Below are positions 40,501 through 52,474 of a DNA stretch of 64,000 nucleotides, in pieces. Under the pieces are notes generated by a model. It did no database searches and was not told where the DNA came from. It saw only the letters and a list, made by a program, of their open reading frames with translations. The translations under genes and the position numbers were made by a program. Position 1 is the first letter of the stretch. Each line of letters begins with the position of its first letter. Source of the DNA: Marsupella aquatica (Eukaryota > Plantae > Marchantiophyta). The stretch spans positions 17,720,754 to 17,784,753 of the forward strand of contig OZ316896.1 in NCBI GenBank assembly GCA_973895155.1, written 5' to 3'.

Positions 40501-41762
40501 CCGATATCTCTGCTGTCAAGGGAACAAACAGCATATGGCTTGACCATAAGGTAGAGGACTGATCCTTAAATCTAACCTCAAAATCAGTGTAATCTAAGGC
40601 ATTTCAAGATTCAGCTGGTAGGTTCTACTTCAGCAGCATCTCTGGATAATCCCTGAACAATACTCTTGGACTATTAGCTAGGAGTATTACCGCAGCAACA
40701 AAGAAGGTCTTATCTCCAACCTCGGACACCAGGATCATAGCCGTTGCTTTGACAAAGCCCTGCAATTTGTCATCAGGGTCAGTAAGCACAAATAATTTCT
40801 GGACGCTTGTGTAGGCACGGTTATGCAAACAGTGTTATGAACTTGTATCAAGTGTTGGATTAGAACGCCTGTTTCTGCCTCAAAGAGTTACAGGGGTCGC
40901 ATTCCAACGTCCTCCTGTTCGTGAAGACGTCAACTCATTGGAAGGTCTACGAATTTGATTCTCATCAAAATTGACTGAAAGAACAAGGTAAACCACTACA
41001 AATTGAAAATCATTATATATTGGTCATGTAAAATTGCTCCACTATAATTCCACATCATGACCTACATCAATCAGAGGAAGCCAATTGTACTATGGCATTA
41101 ATGTCCTAAAATCAGGTCTAACCAAGTTCGCTCCAATTAAAGTCCTCGAGAGACGGGCTTACCGGCCCCGAAGGAGCTCGGGACGATGTCTGTCATAGGA
41201 TCTTAAAAGTTACGGCAAATAATTGACGAGCCCTTTCTAACTGGGAAACAAAAATGCACATACTCCTTCAATTTCAAAGATCAGACATTTGGATGGAGTG
41301 TACTCCATAACTTAAAAAAATTAGTCGCGCTTATACGAATGGCAAATTCCCGGGTAGAAATACGCTGCTATGGAGGCCGAAGGTACGTAGCGTCCTAGGG
41401 TCCTAGGGACATTTTGTTCGTCTGAATGCTAGTGACACGGACCTCCGGAATACTTAATGTCCAATACATAAAGACTTATGCAACTAGACACAGCCCGCAA
41501 AACATTGTTAAGATTTCCTGCGCATATTATTAACCTATTACGCAGGATTTACTCCTCGAGGAAATGACTATTATGGTGTCAACTCCGATGGTTTATAACA
41601 CACAAAATGTACTGACTCGTGAAACCATCATCATTGACCTGACACAAGATTCCCTTGGCGTTATGCTTTACGTCCAAATTATCATTCATTTATTTACAGC
41701 AGTTAGCCCGAAAATGGGTTGAAAGATGCAACGTCAAATACCTCGAAGACGGACTGCCCCAT
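37535..41762 (-). CDS. GDT1: GDT1/TMEM165 (UPF0016) Ca2+/Mn2+:H+ antiporter, multi-exon
   Basis: Exons read on the minus strand: MGQSVFE (41762-41742) | GFVKATAMILVSEVGDKTFFVAA | LMAMRHPRGVVLAGALGALA | LMTVLSALFGWAAPNL | ISRRLTQNGATILFFFFGLRLLWTGFTIEG | VSSELAEVEAEL | DGEGKSKE.. | VKDLKEKSSILKQYLSPIFLE | TFTLTFLGEWGDRSQ | IATIGLAAQESVAGVALGG | GHAICTTAAVFGGKHLASQISERA | VAFCGGVLFLIFGLHSLITSDS* (stop 37535-37537). Both E-x-G-D-[KR]-[ST] motifs are present. Confidence 0.93.
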
Positions 41763-43724
41763 TGCGCTGCGTCTTCCGTTCTGGTCTTAGAAACCCTCGC
41801 TCGGCAGGCTTATCTGCAGATAACATAAATGGAGAACTGTGAGAAAAATGAATTCAATTTCACGTCTAGGGACACAGGCGTGAACGATGACAGAGAGTTC
41901 AAAAAATAAATGCCTAATAACAATCAACAATCTTAAGAGTGACTATCTCAACTTCAATCTCTAAGATTGACCTCGTTACGAGCCTCATCAAACGGTACGG
42001 ATGGCTCTATACGTGAAAGCAGTCACCAACAGGTACGATATATATATATTCTACGCAACGAATTATGGACAGTACAGGAGAGAAACCTTTCCGATTGGGA
42101 AAAACCTAGGCTTCACTGGTGACAATGGTTTTGCAATTTTGGAACTCACCGTCCACGAATGTCTCTCCAAGCATACAGAGAACGAAAAGCCATAGTTGGG
42201 AGGGACAAACGACAAGTCTAGGAAAGGGCTTATCCGTTCAGCAAAGAACTAAGCAAAGAACTATGAGCAAACCAGGGCACAACTTAAACCAACATCGATC
42301 ATTCTTCCTAACTCATTCCGGCCGCTCGGATGAATTCCGGATTCGAGATAGCCTGAATGGAATGGATAGGACACGTCGAAACACAGTAACAATTGCGCAC
42401 AACACACTTAGATAACCTACAAATCTCTGCGGGTTTTCCCACTGGTTACCTCACTCGTGATACAAGGATGACTAATTAAATCAGAGAACCTAAAGCCAGG
42501 CAAAGGGGCACCAGAAGACATCTGCGCCACCCCTCTACACACGCTTATCTGAGTAGAACCGGACAACAGTGGCCGACACTGGATGATGAGCCTATCGCGA
42601 AGAGAGATTCAGAAGTGGGACAGTAACTAAGCTGCACAAAGTTCCAACAACAGCGGACTCGTTTTCCTCTCCAAAATCGTCCTCTATGGCATTCTCTAGT
42701 CTGGAGGAATGGAGTAAACAGAGCAAGCGCAAAACTAACAACGCAAAGATCTGAACAGGATTAAACCAGCTTCCCAAGGGGCTGGGCACAAATTGCCGGC
42801 CACTACGCTCATTACTATTCGCTCTTTACAATTCAAGTGACATTAGATCGTCAGCAGAGCCCCTTTTTATGGTTTCCGCTTCGGAATATCCAGTCACAGA
42901 CTCCACGGTGACGATCTTACAAGACGCATTGTCGTCGAGTAGAAGACTCTCACCTGTTCGAAATTGGACACTTATTCCACTAAACAAAAGACAAATCCAA
43001 AACGAGTCTTCAAAGTCGACAGGATCGAGAGATTCTCAACAAATCAACGCAGGCCTTACATCCTTACCAGCGAAATAGGTTTCGTGCGCCAGTTGAAGGA
43101 GTATCGTCCGCAATCAGGGATACATAACACAGTAATTTTACACGAAACAATCTGCTGTTGCAAGTGAATCGGGAACCAGTCAGTCAGTCAGTCAGCCAAC
43201 CTGCCTGCCTGCCAGTATCCCGTCATACGCACTCGTCGACCTGAGCTCTCTCTGTCTGTTACTCTGTTGGTGCCGTAATGAAAAGCCAAGTCCTCCGGGT
43301 GACTACTACTGGACTTGTATTCTAATCATTTTTCTCACATCATCTGGAGGACGGGAGTTTCCGCGAAGTACGACGCGGTTGTCGGCCACCACTCCACGAA
43401 TTACGGTGACGAGAGAAGCCTGTCACAAGGCAAGGACCGACGACAGTTTGGAGATCAAAAGTGGGGTTTCTACGAAAGGAATGACGTCGAAATGTGGCGT
43501 TTCTGCGTGACGACCGATTCTCGGCTCGGGCCGAGCCTAGCACAGCCCTGGTGCGAATCGAAGGCAACACCGGCGAAGAGGCTCGGGGTACCCGGTCCAG
43601 AAACCTGGCGCTTTTGTTTTTCTCGCTCGAAATGAATTCCTTACGGATCGCCTATGTATATTTCTATCAATGGTAATAAAGCAGAAAGTGAAGCCCAGAT
43701 GGATCACCAAGTTGGACGGAGTGC

Positions 43725-43797
43725 TCCCATGTATCACATTTTGGTGGTCCCATGCATCACATTTTGGTGGTCCCATGTATCACATTTTGGTGGTCCA
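43725..43797. repeat. 23-bp tandem repeat x3 (CCCATGYATCACATTTTGGTGGT)
   Basis: Read directly; no spacers. Confidence 0.85.
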
Positions 43798-44101
43798 CAC
43801 TTTGGGCTTATAACTTATTCTGAGGCTAATAAAAAAAAATAGTTTTCACTGGCAAGGCAACTAGAGAAGAACGAGAGACAAAAAAACACAAGCCCTAATA
43901 TTTTATATTAATACAATAAAAATTAATCTATTAGAATTCACCCTTCTGCATTCTATCATAAATAACTTGACCAAAATGGCCAAAAATTCGCTGTCAATTT
44001 GACTGAATTGTAGGGTACCTACTCCTCTAGCAGATCTCAAAACTCACCAAAGTACCAAAAAAGAACATCAAATTGTCACGATGAAACTCAATTTTGGGAA
44101 A

Positions 44102-44160
44102 ATGTGGTCCATGGGTCCAAAAACAAATAATTTTTCTATTTCTGGACCCATGGACCACAT
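44102..44160. repeat. Perfect 18-bp inverted repeat (hairpin)
   Basis: ATGTGGTCCATGGGTCCA (44102-44119) and TGGACCCATGGACCACAT (44143-44160). Confidence 0.8.
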
Positions 44161-45278
44161 GGAATAAATTTTCATGTGGTCTGAATGCACATTTTTTTAA
44201 TGTTAAAAGGAATGATGATTGCAAATTTTGGTGGGACTTTAGTCATGGTATATAGAGGCTTCACTCTAGAATCCTAGGCCCCAACTCTAACATCAGATCA
44301 CTATTTATTAGTAAGATTTTGAGAATATTTGTTTCTGGGAACATTGGGTTAGGTTTATAAAGAAAGTAGAATATTACTGGCTATTTAAGCAGGGGCATCC
44401 GTAGGGATGCATTATGTAACACTGCCAAAAAGGCAAACCTAGGCCAAACGGGGACACATTATCCAAAAGGAACGAGACCTAATGAAATGGAGAAAACGTG
44501 GGTAAAACTTGGATGCATTGGACAGAAAGCGTAAGTGCTACATTGGAGTGCAACGCAAGAAAGGTTTATGTATTGGAGAAACAAATACTAACTAGTCATT
44601 CCTTGGATAAAAGTATTCAGGCATGGGCATATATGGGATGGTTCATTGGAGAAAAGTATTCACGCGTGGGCATATATGGTGACCAGAAAATTGATATAGG
44701 ACACGAAGAGGCTCTTCCCAAGTTTGGAAGACTTGAATGGAGTGAACATCAGGTCCTTCTCTCCTATCCAGGTTTATCATGAAACCTGCAAGATGTGAAT
44801 TTTTGGTAAGCTCCAATATTATGTGTTTTTATCAAAAATACAAATTACACCAAAAACTTTCCCAGTGTGTATTGAAATTTGTGAATAAAAGGATTTTTAA
44901 TTCTATTGGATTGCGTTTGGAGAAGTCCCAAAGTCCCAATGATGTTTAGTAGGTAGCTTGATGTCAGAGCTCACACCAAATAATTTTAAGTAAAGCACTG
45001 TTCGTTTAGTCATCCGACAAAACATTGGGTTCTATCAAATTTATCATTCAGTTACCTTTCGTGACAACCCCTAGCAAGCAATGGCACAGTGTGTAGCAGA
45101 GAAGGGCCCAACCACAACTGCATTCAAGTATGAGATGGTACTGCATGGGCCACCGTCAGAAGGGTTTGCTCAAGTTCAAAATGAATTGGTTGGGTCCATT
45201 AAGTCCTGAAGTTACGAGAGGAACCCACTTAAGTCCTTTTGGTACAAGGGGCTGCAAATACTAGAGGTCTTTCATTTG

Positions 45279-45710
45279 ATATAGCATGCTCATCCTGGAA
45301 CATGCTTTATTTTTTGTTTTGTAGTGATCTGAAAGTAAATAAGATATGGGAGCATAGAAGTGCTGTTATATAAGTAAAGTGTCTGCCAAGAAAAGCACAG
45401 TGACCAAGAAAAGGTACAGTCCAACTATGCTACGATGTGTGCACTTAACTCAGGGTGCCTTATGAATGACACTCCTTTCAATAAAAACCATAAACCTAGG
45501 AAAGAAAAACATGAGGAGAACTTAAGAGGCTATGCATTCATGTTCTTCAGCATCATTTCTCTCACTAGTGGTGTTGGAACCTTTGGTTTCATCTCTAAGA
45601 AAACACATACTGTGAAAGGGGGCTGCCAAAATAAGTTCAAAACACTCTAGACTACCTAAGACTAAAAGGGTCTAAAATTTATTTTAAAATGTATAGAATA
45701 CAAAGGCTAC
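45279..45710 (+). repeat. Left arm of a long diverged inverted repeat (partner ~55785-56248)
   Basis: ATATAGCATGCTCATCC..GTAGTGATCTGAAAGTAAATAA..GGCTGCCAAAATAAGTTCAAAA is the reverse complement of the 55785-56248 sequence. Confidence 0.8.
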
Positions 45711-46010
45711 CCCTTGATAAGGCAGATTGAAATGAAGGGCTGCCAAAATAAGTTCAAAACACTCTAGAATACCTAAAACTAAAGGGGTCTAAAAATTAAT
45801 TAAAAATGTATAGAATACAAAGGCTGCCCCTAAGACTAAAAGGGTCTAAAATTTAATTTAAAATGTATAGAATACAAAGGCTACCCCTTGATAAGGCTGC
45901 CAAAATAAGTTCAAAACACTCTAGAATACCTAAAACTAAAGGGGTCTAAAAATTAATTAAAAATGTATAGAATACAAAGGCTGCCCCTTGATAAGGCAGA
46001 TTGAAATGAA
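45617..46010. repeat. Irregular tandem array of ~60-120-bp AT-rich units (GGCTGCCAAAATAAGTTCAAAACACTCTAG...)
   Basis: Three to four partial copies read directly. Confidence 0.8.
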
Positions 46011-46587
46011 AATACATGACACAAAAATCTGAATAAGACAAAATCTGAAATGTGCATTCACCATATATTCAAAAATTTCATCAGCCATGGGCATCCATTG
46101 GGGAAAAGGTACTGATCATTCATTGGGAGATTGGGCTCCAGATACCCTGCTCATTTAGTGAGAGAATGGGTTGCACCCTCTAATGGCTATTCACACACGG
46201 AAATTGATGGGGATCATGCAATGCAGAGGAAGGGGCTCTAGATAATGCTCGTAGCTATTTGCATGGCCATCCGTGGGATGCAAATTTATTTTTTAAGATA
46301 TGTCCAAAAAGTGACTTTTTTAGACAAACACAACATTATAACCTAACTAGCTTAGTACCTGTGCGTTGCACAAAAGATATTGTGACGCCCAAGATATCGT
46401 TATGTGAAAAATGTCATGAAGTGCAAGGATGTCGTTAAGAAAAAAGAAATTGTGATGCCCAAGATGTCATTATGTAACATGTTGTGAAGTGAAAAGGTGT
46501 CATTAAGGAAAAAAAGTTATTTCGCCAAAGATGTCTTTATGTGAAAATTGTTATCAAGTAAAAAAATTGTCACTAAAAAAGAAACAG

Positions 46588-46768
46588 TGTTATAACGGAT
46601 GACCTAACCCTAGTTACCTAGCTTAACCCTAGTGTATAGGAGTTAAGGTAGTTACCATAACCGCCAACACTTGTACTATATATGGAGTGGTCTTTACTCC
46701 CTAACGTAATGAGAAGGTAGTGAGCTTGCTGGTGTATGAGTATCCAAGATTATGTTTGTTCCATAATA
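46588..46768 (+). repeat. 5' LTR (181 bp, TG...TA)
   Basis: Identical by eye to 52294-52474. Confidence 0.95.
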
Positions 46769-47151
46769 CGTTATCAGCACGACCTCCCAACAGAGCTTTT
46801 ACTTTCCGATGATTCAGAATGGCTATGGCTGCCCCTGAACATAGCTTCTGAATTTTTTTTAGCGAATAGTGGATCGCATGGTACAATTTCCTTTCGTCGT
46901 CTCCTCCAGAAACACCGACTCCCACACTCCAACAACGGCCCGGGTGTAACATCGCGAGCGGTCAATCAAGACAACAATTCCAGGCTCGGATTCACGCGAA
47001 CACGAATAGAGATTGAGAATCAACCAGGGAAGTTTCCCGATCACTTACACACATAGATTATAAGTCAAAAATCCAATACAGATTTCCGTAGAATCTTTCC
47101 TACCTAGACTGTCCTAATTCTAGTAACCACCAATCAACGAAGCATAACACG

Positions 47152-50100
47152 ATGAATTCTATAGAGAAACTACAATTCAAGGCACTAGCAATCGATGGTG
47201 CAAATTATTTATCCTGGTCCTTGGACGTGGAGGCATCCCTTTCATCCAAAGACCTCCAGGACGCGATACTAACTGATACTGGATTGACCCTACAACAAAA
47301 AGCACGGGCCCTAGTATTCATTCGACACCACCTCGCCGAACCGCTAAAGATCCAATACTTAAATCAATTCAATCCACGAGTCCTATGGGAAGACCTGCAA
47401 CTCAGGTTTGACCACATGCGCCTGGTCTCACTCCCCGCAGCTCGCCATGACTGGATTAATCTGCGGGTGCAGGATCACACGACTATCGCCAACTACAATG
47501 GCAAACTCTTCAGAATAACCTCCCAACTCGCGCTATGCGGCCATCCAGTTGGAGACGATGAGCAAATTGAACGCACCCTCTCCACATTCGCCCCAGGAAA
47601 CCTTCTCCTGGCACCTCAGTACCGCAACATGGCATTCACCAGATATTCAGAGCTCATCGCCCAAATGTTACTGGCCGAGAAGCACCAATTGCTGCTCCTT
47701 GAGAACGCCAAAACACGCCCACCTGGAACCGCTGCCCCCCCACCACAACCCGAAGCTAATTTCAACAGATCCAACGCAAGAGCAAGAGGACGTGGACGAG
47801 GAAATTTTAGAGGAAGAGGCGGCAGAAATTCAGGTAGAGGCCGAAACCCAAGCCAAGGAGGGAGGGGATATGGCCGACCGGAAAGGGAAGGCCAGAATTC
47901 CAGAACCAACCTCGCGGAGGCGCATATCGAGGAAGAGGCTGCAACGGCAACTGGGGCAAAGGATTGAATAACTGGCAAAGAGACAGAAGCAATCCAGTAG
48001 AATGCTTCAGGTGCGGCACCAAAGGGCATTTACAAAGAGACTGCAGGGCGCCCGTACATCTAGTGACACTATACAAACAAAGCCTAGAGATCCCAAGAAA
48101 TGAAGCACACGGAAATTACATGGAGACCACAAAAGACATAGCAACTTACATTCAAGACCCCGCGGCACCTGAGGTACACACCGCCCAATTGGGGTCACAC
48201 CCATTACCATCGGACGATCACAACAACTGCATCGTCGACAGCGGTACTTCTCACTCCATATTGCGCAATAAAAAATACTTTACCACAATTACACCCTCAC
48301 ATAGGTCTATGACCACGATCACCGGATCCAACTATATCGAAGAAGGCCATGGCCCCGCACGCGTTTGATTCCCAAAAGGCACTAATATATATATATATAT
48401 ATAGATTCAGCCATTTACGCTCCCAGGGCCACCAGAAATCTCATCAGTTTCCGAGACATACGTGCCAACAAATTCCACATACACACTGAAACCTGTAAAG
48501 ACCAGGAAGTCCTCCACATCCTAGAAAACACTACATTAGGGCCCATAATCCGAGAGATCTTACCAATATTCCCACCAGGGTTATACATTACCCGCATTTA
48601 TGCATTCCATACCCGCATTTATGCATTCCATACCGAAAGCACCACCCTGACTGCCACACAGCTATGGCACAACCGCCTAGGACACCCTGGTACAAATATG
48701 TACCACAACATTCTAAAGGACTCAGTTGGAATACCCCATGACGTGCACCCCTCAGCTGCTAGCAGACCATGTCTGGCCTGCTCCCAAGGAAAAATGGTGA
48801 CCCGCCCATCACCATCTAAAACCATCTACACCATCCCACAATTCCTCGAAAGACTGCACGCAGATGTCTGCGGGCCTATAGATCCGCCCTCTGGCCCCTT
48901 CCGTTACTTCCTCGTCATTATAGACGCTTCAACAAAGTGGTCTCAGGTCTCCCTGCTCTCCACCAGGAACCTGCTGTTCTCCAGAATCCTGTCACACATA
49001 CTCACTTTAAAACATCAATTCCCGGATAATCCAATTAAAACCCTCAGAGTCGATAATGTCGGGGAATTTACTTCCAAAACCTTTGACGATTTCTATGAAA
49101 CCGCAGGAATCATGACCGAGTATTCTGTACCCCATGTCCACTTTCAAAATGGAATAGCAGAGTCGGTCATTAAACGACTACAGATGGTGGCCAGACCACT
49201 ATTGATGCAATCAAACTTACCATCCGCTGCCTGGGGGCATGCCATCCTTCACGCGGCAGCCCTACTCCGATACAGACCATCCGCATTCAACACTAAGACT
49301 CCTCATTTTTTGGCCTACGGCTTGCCATCCAATATCTCACACTTAAGGACATTTGGCTGCCTAGTCTTAGTACCTATATTAGGCCCCAAACAAACTAAAA
49401 TGGGCCCACAACGGCATAAAGGCGTCTATGTTGGCTTCGACTCCTCATCAATAATAGATACCTGGAACCTCTAACATCAGACGTATTTAAAGCTCGTTTC
49501 CAGGACTGTACATTCTTTGAAACCGAATTCCCAAGACTCACTAACCAAGCAGGCATGGGTGCTATGAGCGGAAAAGAACTACAATGGCTTATAGCCCACC
49601 CACTTACCAATGACCACCGAACAAGAGAGGCGGACGAGGGAGTTCAACGGGTCTTATACTTACAACAAATGTTGCTGAAACTCCCAGACGCATTCAATGA
49701 TGCTGCCACTGTCACTCGTTCGCATATTGAAACAGCGAACACCCCAGCTCGAATCCAGTTGACCAAGACACCGACAACCAATACCGCTGCCATAGCCAAG
49801 AGAGGCCGCCCCCTGGGATCACGGGACTCCCAGCCAAGACAAAGGCGGACCACAAACATACAACCACCTGCCAGATCACTAACAGAGACACCATCACAGG
49901 TACATGCTGAGAATGACGAAATTACAATCAATTACATGCACACTGGCAAGACACTGAAGCGCAACCAGCAGCAGATAGACGATACATTTGCTTTTCAAAT
50001 TTCAGAGGACATAACTAATGATACACCAGACCCTATCATAGTTGCAGAGGCCCAATCCAGATCAGATTGGCCTCAATGGGAGATCGCTATTAACTCTGAA

Positions 50101-51836
50101 CTAGACTCCCTCATAAAACGAAAGGTCTTTGGGCCTATTATACCTGCACCCACAGGAACCCACCTCACGGGCTATAATTCACCTTTGTCAGAAAACGCAA
50201 TGCCAAAGGCAAAGTAATCAGGCACAAAGCTTGCCTAGTGGCAAAGGGCTATACCCAGATCCCTGGCCGGGACTTTGACCAAACGTACTCACCAGTCATG
50301 GATTCAATCACCTACAGATATCTTATTGCATTTGCATTACAGAAGAAACTAGTCATGCATATACTTGATGTGATCACAGCCTATCTCTATGGTGTTTTGG
50401 ACACCACCATATACATGAAGGCACCCCCAGAACTGATACAGAGATTACAGTTCCACATTGAGGGGGAGAAAACCGGTACTAAAACCACAGGTCTACAACC
50501 TAGCGCACAGAAAATCCGCCCTGTAGGGGATTCAAATGCAATGACAAAGAAATCAGGACCTCCTGTCCCAAGACAGCACGACGTGCTTCGCACACCTGAA
50601 CAGAGGCATCTAATTTCCTCACTGCCTCAGTCTGCTACACAGACGACTAAAAGAAAACAAGACCTTGCCGTCCAAGTGCTTCGGTCTATGTACGGCCTGA
50701 AGCAAAGTGGACACAACTGGTATCAACGGTTCAAAACCGAAATGCTCACATTGGATTTCGTCAACAACGACATTGCGCCCTGCTTATTTATTAAACAGGA
50801 AGGAACCGAGTTCGTGATCATCGCAATATATGTAGACGACATCAGCATCTTTGGCACACCAACCATCACAGCAAAAACCATCGACATCCTGAAGCAGACC
50901 TTCGAGATGAGGGACATCGGAGCTCCCACTTATTGTTTAGGCCTGCAATTCAACTACTTACCAAACGGAATCCTCATCAACCAATCAACATATACGGAAA
51001 AGGTCCTACGACAATTCAACATGGATTCCTGTCACCTGGCGAGCACCCCGATGGATCTAAGATCGTCAGACGCCAAGAAAGACACATTCAGAAGACGCAC
51101 AAAAGCAGAACCGACATTAGGACCAGAGAAGCCCTACTTATCGGCCATTGGTGCACTCATGTACCTCGCCACACAGTCTCGCCCCGACATCTCCTTCGCC
51201 GTAAACCTACTGGCCCGCCACAGTGCAACACCCACAATCCGCCACTGGAATGGCGTCAAGCGTATCTTCCGCTACCTTCGCGGCACCACCAACATGGGGC
51301 TGTTCTTCTCCAAGAAATCAGCAAATACACTGGCTGGATACGCTGACGCCAGGTATCTCTCAGACCCTGATGACTCGAAGTCCCAAACTGGGTATGTATT
51401 CCTCCAAGGGGGCACGGCAATATCATGGCGAAGCTGCAAACAAACACTTACAGCAACGTCCTCCAACCACGCGGAGATAATAGCGTTGTACGAAGCTACA
51501 AGGGAGTGCATCTGGCTCAGACATCTAATCAATCACATCCAGAAACACAGTGGTAGACAACTCATCGATAAACCAACGATCATCTATGAAGATAACCGCC
51601 CCTGCGTCGACCAAATCGCCAAAGGATTCATAAAAGGTGACCGCATTAAGCACATAGCCCCTAAATTCTTTTACACTCATGAGCAGCATGGCGAAAAAGT
51701 CAACGTGCAATGGATCCCGAGTAAAGATAACAGAGCAGACTTATTCACTAAACCCCTTCCACCAGGGCTCCACCGCGAACACACACAGGGCATAGGAATG
51801 CGGAGCATGGCCACTATACTTAAAGAAATCGACTAA
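47152..51836 (+). pseudogene. Disrupted gag-pol polyprotein of the Bianca-like element
   Basis: Split over ORFs 47152-47967, 47964-48368, 48698-49474, 49555-50217 and 50238-51836 by frameshifts, a stop, an (AT)n tract at ~48385-48402 and a ~20-bp duplication at ~48590-48630. Confidence 0.9.
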
Positions 51837-52293
51837 GACCCACCTTGGAACGATATCGATCACTTCCCCATCCACGACGACTCGAGCTTCCACGATCGAT
51901 GCAGACAACGGGCAACTCCAAAGCTCCACCATCGACTATGTGACATCGCCATTCAAACCACGCCGAACTCCACTACGACAACTGCGGACGAGACGTGACA
52001 CTCAATTAGAACATCGACCTTGAATTAGGTCCTTCGTTGCTCTACAAACTCACTGTAGCACTCACGAGGAGTATACACTCCATATAACGAGTAATTTTTT
52101 TTACTTTACATAGCATACACCTTTTTTTAATGGCACCAACCATATCATAGTAGTGGCACTCTTTCCAGGAGTGAAGCCTGGTTTTAAGGAGACCATACTA
52201 GTGTTGGGCCACACAAAAGGATTACAATTCTAGAGTTAGCTCCCTCACAATTGTGATTGTATGCAACATAGCCAGCATTTAACCAAGGGGGAG

Positions 52294-52474
52294 TGTTATA
52301 ACGGATGACCTAACCCTAGTTACCTAGCTTAACCCTAGTGTATAGGAGTTAAGGTAGTTACCATAACCGCCAACACTTGTACTATATATGGAGTGGTCTT
52401 TACTCCCTAACGTAATGAGAAGGTAGTGAGCTTGCTGGTGTATGAGTATCCAAGATTATGTTTGTTCCATAATA
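52294..52474 (+). repeat. 3' LTR (181 bp, TG...TA)
   Basis: Preceded by the PPT and followed by TSD AACAG. Confidence 0.95.

Larger units (their letters stand above)
46588..52474 (+). mobile_element. Full-length Ty1/Copia LTR retrotransposon, Bianca-like lineage
   Basis: LTRs 46588-46768 and 52294-52474; TSD AACAG (46583-46587 and 52475-52479); PBS 46769-46783; PPT AAGGGGGAG 52285-52293. Gag KLQFKALAIDGANYLSW, CCHC knuckle, protease IVDSGTSH, integrase FLERLHADVCGPIDPPSGPFRYF, RT YGLKQSG and YVDD, RNase H IYEDN and ADLFTK. Confidence 0.97.

Noticed and set aside
46602-46632. Telomere-like or telo-box-like TAACCCTAG motifs in the LTR
   Set aside because: Only two short copies; no evidence of function
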